In this document: piece by piece, positions 17,598-31,690 of the stretch
Layout of the letters: every line of letters begins with the position of its first letter
Position numbering within the stretch: the stretch's first letter is position 1
Source: Octopus vulgaris
Taxonomy: Eukaryota
Assembly: GCA_951406725.2 (NCBI GenBank)
Contig: OX597824.1
Coordinates: forward strand, 29,450,001 to 29,514,000
DNA: 64,000 nt
Reading direction: 5' to 3'
Program-made: the position numbers and the translations under genes
Notes under the pieces: generated by a model
What the model was told of the DNA's origin: nothing
The model's database searches: none
What the model saw: the letters and a program-made list of their open reading frames with translations, nothing else

Positions 17598-17860
17598 TGA
17601 TAGCAAAAGGGGCTGATTGCTACTTAGCTCAGATACCAGGAAACCCCAAAATGGCAGAAATTCAGAAGATAGTACTTATGGGAACTGCCCATATCCTACG
17701 CAAAATAGTTTCTATGTAATCTCAAGTTTTAAAACAAACATAATTTTCTTATGGTTTCTTAAACATTCTCTAGAATAACACTATGTACAAAATCTAAATT
17801 ATGGCACCCTAGGCATAACACCAGCATGAACTTCCAACTTGTTGTCTCTTGAGGCCTCTG
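17598..17860 (+). mobile_element. 3' fragment of an RLE-type non-LTR retrotransposon (R4/Dong- or CRE-like) with 3' UTR
   Basis: Translation …IPGNPKMAEIQKIVLMGTAHILRKIVSM*, matching the IQK.VL.GT..ILRK terminus typical of restriction-like-endonuclease LINEs. Confidence 0.65.
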
Positions 17861-17928
17861 GGTGAGATTTAGAGCGCGCGCAGACACATATACACACACA
17901 CATCTATCTGTCTATTTATCTATCTATA

Positions 17929-17963
<35 letters not shown>

Positions 17964-18357
17964 ATTTCTATCTGTATGTATGTATGTATGTATGTACGTA
18001 TGTATGAATGCATGCATGATGAACAGAGTTATATAGTTATATCAATATTTAATTGTATGGAAGAACACTTGGTGAATTGATGATTACATCGGGAGCTAGA
18101 TGTTTTCATAACAATCGACCCACACACACACATGCACACACACTCTCTGACACACCAACACACACTTTCAGACACACCAACACACACACACACAAATTTT
18201 GCAGTAGTTAAGTATTTGCATGTTTATTTACTGAAGAAAAAAAGACATAGAGCGAATTACGTTACAGCATCAAAATCACACATTTCGGGACAAACGCACA
18301 CACATACACACGTAAAATACACCCACTCCACCAGTACACACACACACATTTATACAT

Positions 18358-18427
<70 letters not shown>

Positions 18428-19248
18428 TTATCTTTACATTACACTGTTATCATATTTGCTTTAATGATAAATACATCCTTCTAAATGTACAGGTTACAAT
18501 TTATGCTCTGTAAAAAAGAGTATATATTACTTGGTTCACACAAGACGGAAGATTTGCTTGACTCACACAATACGTGTATATGTGTGTATTGTAAAAATAT
18601 GTGTTGTGAATATGTATGAATGTATGAATATATATTCTAAATAATGCGTATATGTATATGTATATATGGGTGTGCACACGCGTTTCTACGTGTGTTTGTA
18701 TATGTGAAAGTAATCATATGACTGCATATTACTTATTAGAGAATGTCTTTATGGAACTGAATATGTTTTAAATCAAAACGATACAAATTGCAACTCTGAG
18801 TTTCCTGCTTCACTTTTTATATTTTCAAATTATGGGGGAAATCAATTGAACGAACTTATTTTTATGGATAAATATTTTAAAGAAACATTGAATAAATATG
18901 TTAGTATTAAAAAAAATATTTTTCTTTTGTTCGAGAATGTGAAAGACGTCGAACGACAATGCCTTCTCTAACATTTCAACGAAAAATTTCTCATTTTGTC
19001 GAAAAAGAAAAATCTAAGCATTTTTAAAACAGTACTTTATATAACGAAAGCATTTAAAGAAGATATCGAAGTGACAAGAAATCCTTTCAAATCAAGAATC
19101 AGTCAAAATAATTTTTTCAGACATAATGAGCATTCTGCATATATACATGTATATATGCATATGTGTGTGTGTCTGTGTGTGCGTGTGTGTGTATGTGTGT
19201 GTAAACAACTAACATATTTCAACTCACCTAAATTCATATGTATATGTG

Positions 19249-19283
<35 letters not shown>

Positions 19284-19312
19284 TTATTCATGTGTGTGTA
19301 TGTATGTTTGTG

Positions 19313-19361
<49 letters not shown>

Positions 19362-19621
19362 GTGTGTGTGTGTGTGTGATATAGATGGCAAAACCGGCTG
19401 GAACACGAACAACAAAATTTATTAATCGGTGCATTTTATATACGTTGTCCTATATCGAAATGGATTAAAATTTCAAGAAGATGACCGCCACGACACAACA
19501 CACGGTTTAAAGACGAAGATTGTTAATTATGTAAATATAAAACTGAAGAGAGTAGGGAACTACATATGTTTCTATGCCAATGTGGAGTGTTTTACGTATT
19601 TCGTAATACATATAAAATTCC

Positions 19622-19830
19622 TATTTCTTTACTACCCACAAGGGGCTAAACACAGAGAGGACAAACAAGGACAGACAAACGGATTAAATCGATTATATCG
19701 ACCCCAGTACGTAACTGGTACTTAATTTATTGACCCCGAAAGGATGAAAGGCAAAGTCGACCTCGGCGGAATTTGAACTTAGAACGTAGCAGCAGGCGAA
19801 ATACCGTAACTCATTTCGTCCAGCGTGCTG
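19622..19830 (-). mobile_element. Meta-domain tRNA SINE with 16-bp TSD
   Basis: Family core plus tail ending GTAGTAAAGAAATA; flanking ATACATATAAAAT(T/A)CC at 19606-19621 and 19832-19847. Confidence 0.9.
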
Positions 19831-19917
19831 CATACATATAAAATACCAGTTAGCTTTTCTTCAGGTCGAATTACCTGCAGTAGTAAGTCATTGTAGGAAG
19901 GTCTCATTTTATATTTA

Positions 19918-19992
<75 letters not shown>

Positions 19993-20436
19993 AAACACGC
20001 ACATATTTATGTATGCATATATGTATGTATGATAAACACGTCTCCGAAGAAAGAGAACCTATATTTATGCATATTCTATCAGTACCTATTGATCATTAGT
20101 TGACAATTGTATTTTATTCCCTTACTGCTAAATATAGTTCCACTAAAAAGTGAAAATATATATATACATAGATACACACACACACATATATGTGTGTATA
20201 TGTATTTTTTGTGTGAATGTATGTATGTCTCTTTGTATGTATGCATGTGAATGTATGTAAATGTGTATATATATATATATACATATCCAATACATACACA
20301 CACAGTGAAAAAGAGACACATAAAGGGGTTGTGCTATAGAGCACGTGTTAATTTAATAACAAAAAATATTTAGTTATAAGTCTGATAGGTATATAGGATC
20401 GGTTACTAGTAGTATTATCATTATAAACCCCTTCAT

Positions 20437-20469
<33 letters not shown>

Positions 20470-20575
20470 CACTTCTATTATTACTACAACTACTACTGCC
20501 ATTACTGCTGCTGCAGTTGTCGTTAGTGTTGTTGTTGTTATTATTATTATTATCATTATTATTTTTATTATCATT

Positions 20576-20606
<31 letters not shown>

Positions 20607-20610
20607 TTAA

Positions 20611-20658
<48 letters not shown>

Positions 20659-20672
20659 CATTATTATTATTA

Positions 20673-20755
<83 letters not shown>

Positions 20756-21340
20756 ATTATTATTATTATTATTATTATTCCTCTACTTTGCAGCTGGAAG
20801 TTTATGAACCCTTCCTTTATTTTTTTTATGTACGGATCTTGTACCTCCGACATCCTTCCAAATCTACCTAGGTATTCGCTTACCTCCTCTTGATTGTCAT
20901 AGCAAAGACGGAAATTAAAGTAAAACCCCCCACCCTCCCCACCTACTCATCCCTCTTCATCCAGTCCATGGCTTGCAAAGTAATTTCTGTTATCAGATCC
21001 TATCAGTTTTACTACTTACTTTAAACTTACAAAAAAACGTGCTATTGATCTTAGCGATTACAACACTCTCACATTTCTCCTTTGTGCCCATGCTCGCTTG
21101 TAGATGCGCGCGCATGCGCAGACACGCGCGCATGCGCAGACACGCGCGCCCACATACACGCATACACACATATGAATATGTGCATGAAAATAGTACTTTT
21201 TCCTGTATTTTTTTATGTATGTGTTTGTGTATTCCTGAATATATACATTTATGTATATACCTATACTTATGCCTGTATGTATACATATAGCAGTGTAGCT
21301 ATCTCTCTCTATATATAAATATATATGTATAAATATGTAA

Positions 21341-21404
<64 letters not shown>

Positions 21405-21509
21405 GTATATGTATACGTATATATATGTGTGTCTATACGTAGCCAAACAAACAGATAGATAGATAGATGACGATGATAATAATGATGATGGAAATGATGA
21501 TGATGATGT

Positions 21510-21568
<59 letters not shown>

Positions 21569-21833
21569 TTGATGATGGTGGTGAAGATGATGATGTTGAT
21601 GATGATGATGATGATTATGACGACGACGACGACGATGATTATCATCATCATATAAATAAAATGATTGAACGTTAAATTTCTGGTTGAGTGTTTTTTATCG
21701 AATAGGTAGTATAACTAATTGATTCATTGATGACAGCCTTGATGACACTTGTTATCGGTTGGCTATAGTTTTGTTGTTGTTGTTGATTTTGTTGTTGTTA
21801 TTGATCTAACATGCATAATTTTTGGGAGATCTG

Positions 21834-21895
<62 letters not shown>

Positions 21896-22290
21896 CATTA
21901 TTCAGTGAGAGAGCAGTGCATGCCATTAAAGTGACACTGGGGCAAAATATACAAAGCCCAGTATACCCATCATGACTTTCCGTCTGATAATGGTACACCA
22001 GGCGCATGCATCACAAACATACATACATACATACATACATACACACATACATACATACATACATACATAAATACATACATACATACACACATACATACAT
22101 GCGTACATACATATGTATATATGTATATATACATATATATATATACGTCTACATAACAGCCTACTAACACAAACACGTGAATATGCAGAATATATACATA
22201 CATACAAACGTACACACACTTGCATACACACACAGACACATATATGCATACACACAGACACATACATGCCTAGACAAATATCTCTTCCTT

Positions 22291-22912
22291 ATATTCCTTT
22301 CTACTCTAGCCACAAGGCACGAAATTTGAGGTGGGGGCAGTCGATTATATCGACACCAGTGCGTAACTGGTACTTAATTTTTCGACCCCGAAAGAATGAA
22401 AGGCAAAGTCGACCTCGGCAGAATTTGAACTCAAAACGTAACGGCAGACGAAATACTGCTAAGCATTTCGCCCGGCGTGCTAACGGTTCTTATCTCTTTA
22501 TTGCCCACAACGGGTTAAACATAGAGGGGACAAACAAAGGCAGACAAAGTGATTAAGTCGATTACATCGAGCCCAGTGCGTAACTGGTACTTAATTTATC
22601 GACCCCGAAAGAATGAAAGACAAAGTCGACCTCGGCGGAATTTGACCTCAGAACGTAACGGCAGACGAAATACCTATTTCTATTTCTTTACTACCCGCAA
22701 GAGGCTAAACACAGAGAGGACAAACAAGGGCAGACAAACGGTTTAAGTCGATTATATCGACCCCAGTGCGTAACTGGTACTTATTTAATCGACCATGAAA
22801 GGATGAAAGGCAAAGTCGACCTCGGCGGAATTTGAACTCAGAACGTAACGACAGACGAAATACGGCTACGCATTTCACCCGGCGTGCTAACGTTTCTTCC
22901 AGCTTGCCGCCC
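22291..22912 (-). mobile_element. Head-to-tail array of three Meta-domain SINE units
   Basis: Three copies of the GAAAGGCAAAGTCGACCTCGGC core; inner units lack part of the head; two tail types. Confidence 0.9.
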
Positions 22913-23107
22913 ATATATCACTTTTTTATATTATATTGTATGCAATATCTGCGTTGAGGTAGACATAATATATAGTAGGGAATTGAAACGGCATCGCCTG
23001 TTTCATTCACAGATAATATAGTCCGTCTATTACTGCTTCTCTTTCTTTCTCTATTCCTCTGCCTCCCACACTTCCTTTCTGTTTGTCTGTCTGCCTCTAT
23101 CTATCTA

Positions 23108-23185
<78 letters not shown>

Positions 23186-23370
23186 TGTGTGTATGTACGT
23201 TATGTGCGTATGTACTCATACCACGATACAGTGAATGTGCGTATACTTGTGGAGAATATGTTAAAGGAGCTTCAGAAAGTGTATTTATAACCGGTTTTTA
23301 ATTAAACATGCGATAGCTTCATGTATTTGAAATCGTGTATGTTTATGAGATATTTATGGATATAGAAATC

Positions 23371-23412
<42 letters not shown>

Positions 23413-23523
23413 CATATATGTAAATATATATATATATATGTATATATATGTATATATATATACATATATATATATATACATACATATGCATATATATATG
23501 TATATCTTTATGCATATATATAC

Positions 23524-23562
<39 letters not shown>

Positions 23563-23646
23563 GATACAATATATAATTATTAAATGTGTATGCATTCATA
23601 CATGCATGCATACACACATGCATACATACATGCATACATACATACA

Positions 23647-23723
<77 letters not shown>

Positions 23724-24579
23724 GCATATACTCATATGTGTCTTGCGATCTCTCTAGACTCATTGCATTTGTGACTAATTATCAATTAAAAGAAACCATA
23801 AATGACAATGTGAATAACGCCCTGGATCGGTGGCTCACAAGTGATTAGAAATTTTATTTAAGAACTCCATTAAACAAGTTAAGATCTCTTAGCTGATAGC
23901 CACAATTCTCCCCTTGCATCATGTAGCAATCACTGCCCGAAAGATATACTAGCAGACAATTTGATTGCCTTTAATATAATCCTATTGCATATCTGGCGTC
24001 GACACCGTTTGCTCATATATCATATCAGTGAGCGGAACAGAAAAAGAAATACTACGGTGATAGTTAAACTGCTGATACTATCATATTACAGCTATCATTA
24101 TTGTCGTTCTTCTTTTAAGGCTTCTTTTTCCATTTTAAATTATGGTTCGGGCTTTGGATTTGAGTTTTGAGTTTTGGATTCGTTCAAGAAACATCGGGAA
24201 TATCTAAAATTCTATGACAGTGGAAACTGGACACTGGACGTTGGTCATAACTGAATCTGTAATTAATTCTGCCATAATGTGTCGATTAAATTTTACGAAA
24301 GTTTTAAGTGCAGCAACTACAGTTACGTGCTTCAGTATATAATTGTATATATGTGGTTCTGTGTATATATCATATGTGTGTGTGTGCTTGTGTGAGTGTT
24401 CATGCGTGCGCGTGTGTGTGAAATCTAGTAATAGTACACCTATATGTATATATATATTTATGTATATTATTTGGTGTCCAGTTTACTCAATTCGGCTTCA
24501 TTTGTACTTCTTGCAGGTATCAGAAATGTAATGCAACTGTACATAAGATAGCAAGCAAGATAGACAAACTTTCCGTCTG

Positions 24580-24646
<67 letters not shown>

Positions 24647-24853
24647 GTGTGTGAGAGAGAGAAGGTATGTGTGTGAGTGTGTATTTTTAGTTTATGCGTG
24701 ATTTGTTTGATTGCCTTGTCCAAATGAGTAAGTTAACTCCCTTGATGGAAATCTTTAATTAAGAGTTACGGAAATTCTGGTTTTATTTCTTAAGATATTG
24801 AATTATTGATACATTACAAACCCGTCATGCACGCACGCGTAGACACACACAGA

Positions 24854-24912
<59 letters not shown>

Positions 24913-25168
24913 GTAGAGAGAGAGAGAGAGAAATATATATTCGCACATAAATACATATAAGATGTATAGCCTCACAAGCATACATACTCACATCTCAGCA
25001 AACGAAACCGAATTTATGCTAACATATACATTCTTACATATGCTCACATACATGCAAATACATAAACTCATTTACTTTCACACTTCTGGACACGTGTACA
25101 CGCTCATGACTAGATTCACCTACAATACGACTGTGTATGCATACATAGAAATACACACACAGTCACAT

Positions 25169-25220
<52 letters not shown>

Positions 25221-25267
25221 GTGTATATGTTTGTGTTTGTGTGTGTGTGTGTGTGTGTATACATATA

Positions 25268-25442
25268 GGCGCAGAAGTGGCTCTGTGGTAAGAAGCTTAC
25301 TTCCCAACTACATATTTCCGAGATCAGTCCCTCTGCGTGGCACCTTGGCCGAGTGTCTTCTACTATAGCCTCGGGCCGACCACAGCCTTGTGAGTCGAAT
25401 TGGTAGACGGAAACCGAAAGAAGACCGTCGTATATATGTGTG

Positions 25443-25498
<56 letters not shown>

Positions 25499-25697
25499 AG
25501 TGTGTGTATGTATTTGTGTGTCTGTGTTTGTCCCACCACCACCGCCATCGCTTGTTGGTGTGTTTACGTCCATGTAACTTAACATTTCGGCGAAAAGAGA
25601 CCGATAGAATAAATACTAAGCTTACAAAGAATAAGTTCCGGGGTCGATTTGTTCGACTAATGGCAGTGCTCCAGCATCGACGCAGTCAAATGACAAC
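25268..25697 (+). mobile_element. Full-length tRNA-derived CORE-like SINE with internal microsatellite
   Basis: GGCGCAGAAGTGGCTCTGTGGTAAG head (A box), CACCTTGG core, (TA)n(TG)n middle, …CTCCAGCAT..CGCAGTCAAATGAC tail; matches 60421-60828. Confidence 0.85.
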
Positions 25698-25701
25698 TAA
25701 G

Positions 25702-25760
<59 letters not shown>

Positions 25761-26062
25761 TACATACATACATACATACATACATACATACATACATACA
25801 TACATACATTTACATACATAATCAGACACGTACGTAGATGGGTATGCCAATATACTTACATGCAAACTTCAAATCCTAGACCCTGCTCCTTTCCTTTCTT
25901 TTCTGTTAACATCACAGTTTTAAGAACTGGTATCAACCAATTGTTCGTACAAGAATCAGTAACGACATTCACACAAATATTTCCACAGCTACACACCTAC
26001 ATACACACAAATGCAACGCACATACAACGTCATACATTTACACTTATACATATATATACGTA

Positions 26063-27013
26063 CGAAGGGTACCCAAAAGTAACCGGAAACGTTCTCTGTG
26101 GGAAAAAAACCCGTCGTAGCTCAGCCTTCCGCCGCTAGAAGCCACTTGGTGCGACTTTCAGGCATCAGTCTGTGGACTGGCGTCATCCCTTGTGGTCATA
26201 CTATGTGGTGTGTCTTTGTTTTGCAGTGCTTCTCCCTTGTTCGTCTATTTTCGCGATAGCTGAAACGAAGCAACAGCATGCTTCCGTGAAATTCTGTTTT
26301 CTATTCGGGAAAACAACGGCCGAAACAGTTGTCATGCTTCAAACAGATTACAAGGATGCTGCCATGAGCAAAACACAAGTTTACCAGTGGTTTCCACGCT
26401 TTAGGAGCGGTCACTTGTCGCTTGAGTACTAACCTCGTTCAGGGCGACCGTTAACCTCTCGAACGAATGAAAACATCATGAACATTCATGAACCGCTTTT
26501 AGCAGGACCGTCATAGAACAATTGACGAAGTTGTTGATATGGCTGGTGTGTGTGTCCTGGAGCTTCTGCCAACGCATTTTGAGTGAGGAATTGTGAATGA
26601 AAATTTGTGCCTGGCTTGCTCACGGAAGATCAGAAGCAGTCACTTCTGATTGCGTGTCGTGAACTGAAATAACAGTTGGAAGTTGATCTGGACCTCTTTC
26701 GAAGGTCATCACTGGTGACGAAAGCTGATGCTGAGGAATTTACAGATGTGAAAGCGGTAAAAGAAAAATGACGGAGGGGTTAAAAAGTATCACTTCGGAA
26801 GAGCTCCAGCACTGCTCCGAATAATGGAAAATGCAGCGAGCTGGCAGAATCTTTAGTACACCGGGTAAAATGCTTAGCATAATGGAAAATGCGCCTGGAC
26901 CGATGCATTGCTTCAAATGAAGAATACTTCGAAGGCGTTAAAAGTGTAAACATGTAAAACTAAGTGAATAAAATAATATTGAAAAATTCCGCTTTCTTAT
27001 GGATACCCCTTCG
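26063..27013 (+). mobile_element. Decayed mariner transposon with transposase pseudogene (internal deletion)
   Basis: TIRs CGAAGGGTACCCAAAAG…CGGAA / TTCCG…GGATACCCCTTCG with TA TSDs; remnants QHASVKFCFLFGKTTAETVVML..Y…VYQWF.RF..G, PRSGRP, VITGDES. Confidence 0.9.
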
Positions 27014-27114
27014 TATCCATAGACACTTGTACAAGTATGTATGCATGTACATATACGCCTGTATTACACACTCAATGTCATATATGTGTATGCACACCTG
27101 CAAGCACACAATAT

Positions 27115-28077
27115 ATTGTTTAAAATTTCGTAAGAGGATCAGTAATTTTGAAGGGAGGGGTTAGTCGATTTCCATTAACCCTAGTATGTAATTGATGCTC
27201 TGTTTTATCGACCACGAAAAGTTGAAACGTGAAGTAGTCCTCGGTGGAATTTGAACTCAGAATGTAAAGAACTAAACAAAATTATGCAAAGTTAACGATT
27301 CAGCCAGCACATCGCCTTGATAATAATTTTCAAATTCAGGCACAAGACCAGCAATTTTAGGAGGAAAGGGGTTAGTCAATTACATCGACCTCATTACTTG
27401 GCAGGTACTTTATTTCATCGACTCTATAAGGATCAAAAGTAAAGTTGCCCTCGACAGAATTTCAACTTGGGACATAAAGAACCGGAATAAAAGTCATTAA
27501 GTAATTTGTCCGGCACGCTTACAATACTGCCAACACGCATCCTTTACCTTTTGTTTTTATAAAGATTTCACATTTTGGCACAGACACAGCAGTTTCGGTG
27601 GGAGAGATAAATTGATTATATCAACCCCAATGCTCAACTGGTACTTATCATCTTATTATCCCCGAAAGGATGAAAGGCAAATTCGACCTCGGCACATTTT
27701 GAACTCAGAAAGTAAAAATGCCGCCAAGTATTTTTTCCCCGCGTACTAACGATTCTTTTCTACTCTAGGCCCAAAGCCCAAACTTTTGAGGAGAGGGCCA
27801 GTCGATTAGATCGAACACAGTACGCAACTGGTACTTAATATATCAACCCCGAAAGGATGAAAGGCAAAATCGACCTCGGCAGATTTTGAACTCGGAATGT
27901 AACGACAGACGAAATACGGCTACACATTTCGCCCGGCTTGCTAACGTTTCTGCCAGTTCGCCGCCTTTGTCCTTAACAGTAACAGTAACATATAACTAAA
28001 CATATATGAACGTAAAAACGAATGAAATGCTGCTAAGCACTTTACCCGACGTACTTACGATTCTGCAAGCTCGCTGC
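27115..28077 (-). mobile_element. Array of about four Meta-domain SINE units plus a head fragment, of varying divergence
   Basis: Repeated core at ~27210, 27420, 27660 and 27850; heads at ~27960 and ~28070. Confidence 0.85.
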
Positions 28078-28078
28078 A

Positions 28079-28372
28079 TCTCTCTATATATAGACGGCAG
28101 TTTGTCTGTCTGTGTGTCTGTGTGTCTGTCAGGTTGTACCCGCACCCTGATCACGGCTTTCAACCGATTCTGATGAAACTTGACACACACGTAGCCCAAT
28201 GTCATAATTCAAAACTAACGCAGCGAAAATTTTGAAAAGTTCCCCCAGTTCTGAAAAAAATCGATAAATTCGACATGGGTCAAGAATCTAAGCTTTTTAT
28301 ATGCAACACATTTTCCACAGACTGTCTAGGGGACGCAACTCGACCTTTTTAACTCTCGGGCTATGCTGCTGG
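28079..28372 (+). mobile_element. Non-autonomous Helitron, internally deleted copy of the 44562-44940 family
   Basis: 5' A|TC…TATATA, (TGTC)n, CCGATTCTGATGAAACTT…; ends CTGG|T; near-identical to 44562-44820. Confidence 0.75.
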
Positions 28373-28399
28373 TTAGTTTTAAATAACATTTCTACAAAA

Positions 28400-28604
28400 A
28401 TTCTAGGGCCTGATTTTCTGGGGAAGAGGAGTGAGTCGATTACGTCGACCACAGTGCGTAACTAACTGGTACTTATTTAATCGTCCCCGAAAATATGAAA
28501 GGCAAAGTCGACCACGGCGGAATTTGAACTCAGGACGTAACGGCAGACGAAATACCAATACGCATTTCACTCGTCATGCAAACGTTTCTGCCAGCTCGCC
28601 GCCG
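28400..28604 (-). mobile_element. Meta-domain tRNA SINE
   Basis: Reverse complement of the GGCGGCGAGCTGGCAGAAACG head plus core. Confidence 0.85.
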
Positions 28605-28790
28605 TAGCTTTTGTTTTAATAATGCATACATACATACATACATACATACATACATACATACATACATACATACATACATACATACATACATGCATACATA
28701 TATATGAATATCATTTACACATATCATACAAAACACTCATAAGCATATAAACGCATAATCACAAACACACACACACACACACATACACAC

Positions 28791-28823
<33 letters not shown>

Positions 28824-28957
28824 GATGTTTATGCACATATACATACAAACGCATGTATGTATATATGTATGCACATATATATCTACATATATGTGTGTGT
28901 ACAGGTGTCAATATATGCCTAAATATATATATCATATCATATATATATATATATATT

Positions 28958-29014
<57 letters not shown>

Positions 29015-29026
29015 CATTTATGCATT

Positions 29027-29059
<33 letters not shown>

Positions 29060-29412
29060 GTATGTCAGATAATTTGAAATGAAAATTTGAGTGGAAATTA
29101 CTTGAATGCATTTATCTAGTTTTTCTGTAACTCTCATTGGTATACGAGATTTTATTTATTTATTTATTTATTTACTTTATATGTATGTATTTTTTTTTTT
29201 TTTGCTTTCTAAAGAACGACTCTTCTGTAGCTTCTGCGATATTTGCTTATATTTCCTTTTTTTTATACTTAGAGTCTTTTTGTTTGATTTGTTTGTTTTT
29301 ATTCAATTTTTGCATCCGTTTTTCTAAGATCTTAATTTTGTTTAAAGACTAAACGTACTCAGAAGTATATAAGAATATATGAATTACATTAAGAATTCTA
29401 CACGTTTCTGTC

Positions 29413-29463
<51 letters not shown>

Positions 29464-29837
29464 TGTATGTATGTATGTACGTATGTATGTATAATTACAT
29501 ATCTCATTTACTATGTATATATGTGTATATTTTGGGCTATACCTATATGTGTATGTGTGTGTTTGTGTGCACGTACGTGCATGTGCATGTGTGTAATTTA
29601 TATTGCCTACAAAGCATGAAATATTTCTATTCACTATTTTCTAAACATTTTGGTACTGTGTAATCCAATCGGCTCTCTCCCTCTCTTCTTTCTCTTTCCT
29701 CTCTCTCTCTATCCTTTCTCTCTCTCTCTATCCTTTCTCTCTCTCTCTCACCGTCTCTCTCTTTTTCCCTCTATATCTCTCTCTATCGGTGGATGGATGT
29801 ATGTATGTATGAATCTATCTATCTATCTATCTGTCTA

Positions 29838-29876
<39 letters not shown>

Positions 29877-29906
29877 GCCTATCTATCTGTCTATCTATCT
29901 ATCTAC

Positions 29907-29949
<43 letters not shown>

Positions 29950-30143
29950 ACTTTTTCTCTCTTTTTCTCTCAGAACCTCCTTCTTTTCGTCTCGCTCCTT
30001 GTTTACCTGTATCTTTCTTACTCTCCCTCTTTCTCTCCATATCCCTCTTTGTCTACCTATTCATTTTTCTATCTATCTATCTATCTGCCTATTTGTCTGT
30101 GCGTCTGTCTATCTATCCATCTATCTATCTACTCGATATATGC

Positions 30144-30215
<72 letters not shown>

Positions 30216-30914
30216 CGAGTAGATAGATAGATGGATAGATAGACAGATAGATAGATCAATCACCGCTTTATTTTTATCTACTTCTCTGTATACATCACAC
30301 TTCCGCTGTGTCACAGTATATATTTAAATATACGCATACTTATTAATTTAAGTATGCATATAATGAGGCAGTATAGTTAACAGGTTTGCTTCCCAAACCT
30401 GAAGCCTTAGGCTTAATCCCATAGCGAGGGAAGTTAGACACTTACTCTTATCATAGCTTCAGGTTGACACAAGTCTTGAGAGTGAACTTGTGGATAGGGA
30501 AATTGTGTGGAAGCCTGTTGTTTAGAATATACCTGTACTTCTAAGGTCGAACACTCACATGCATTAACGGAGCACGCAGCCACTTAGACGCTGATTTAAT
30601 AAGTATTTCGTCCCCTTTGTAGAGGAGCTGGACGCTCATATGTCGTAATTCAGAAGGAGACACATTCTTTGAATGCATGTGTTTGTGTGTGTGTGATGTG
30701 TGTGTGTGTGTGTACATGTGTGTGTGCGTGTGTCTACGAATGGCTATCGTCGTCATGCAAACTTAAATAAACTTTCATCTTTGAGTGTGTGAGCCTGTGT
30801 GTGTGTGCGTATAGGAATATATGCATACTTACATACCTGCATGTATATATAGATAGATATAGATATATACATATATACATACATACGTACGTACGTACAT
30901 ATATACATACATGA

Positions 30915-31146
30915 CGGCGGCGAGCTGGCAGAAACGTTAGCACGCCGGGCGAAATGCGTGGCCGTATTTCGTCTGCCGTTACGTTCTGAGTTCAAATTCC
31001 GCCGAGGTCGACTTTGCCTTTCATCCTTTCGGGGTCGATAAATTAAGTACCAGTTGTGCACTGGGGTCGATGTAATCGACTTAATCCCTTTGTCTGTCCT
31101 TGTTTGTCCTCTCTGTGTTTAGCCCCTTGTGGGTAGTAAAGAAATA
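30915..31146 (+). mobile_element. Full-length Meta-domain tRNA SINE with ~17-bp TSD
   Basis: GGCGGCGAGCTGGCAGAAACGTTAG (A box) … GAGTTCAAATTCC (B box) … GCCTTTCATCCTTTCGGGGTCGATAAATTAAGTACC … GGGTAGTAAAGAAATA; TSD CATATATACATACATGA. Confidence 0.92.
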
Positions 31147-31169
31147 CATATATACATACATGAATGCAT

Positions 31170-31274
31170 ACATACATATATGTATGTATATAGCGAGTAC
31201 ACTTATAAATACTTGAGTAATTACAAAAATATATCATATACACACCACATGTACGTATATATCTATATCTATCT

Positions 31275-31350
<76 letters not shown>

Positions 31351-31457
31351 GTGTGGGTCCTGGTGTGTGTATATAGCGTGTACACTTATAAATACTTGTG
31401 TAATTATATAAATATATTATATACATACACACGTACGTATATATTTATATCTATCTA

Positions 31458-31503
<46 letters not shown>

Positions 31504-31636
31504 CATACATAGATACATACATACATGTGTGTGTGTCCTGGTGTATGTATATAGCGTGTACACTTATAAATACTTGTGTAATTATATAAATATATCGTAT
31601 ATACACACACGTACGTATATATCTATATCTATCAAT

Positions 31637-31675
<39 letters not shown>

Positions 31676-31690
31676 AACATACATACATGC
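31170..31690. repeat. Three tandem ~180-bp units
   Basis: TATAGCG(A/T)GTACACTTATAAATACTTG(A/T)GTAATTA at ~31190, 31372 and 31550. Confidence 0.85.

Noticed and set aside
21104-21150. 18-bp tandem containing two GCGCATGCGC (NRF1-like) palindromes
   Set aside because: Easily produced by (CG/CA) slippage; no promoter context
22291-28077. Repeat-spacer-like regularity resembling CRISPR
   Set aside because: The units are ~200-bp eukaryotic SINEs; no cas genes and no short repeat with unique spacers
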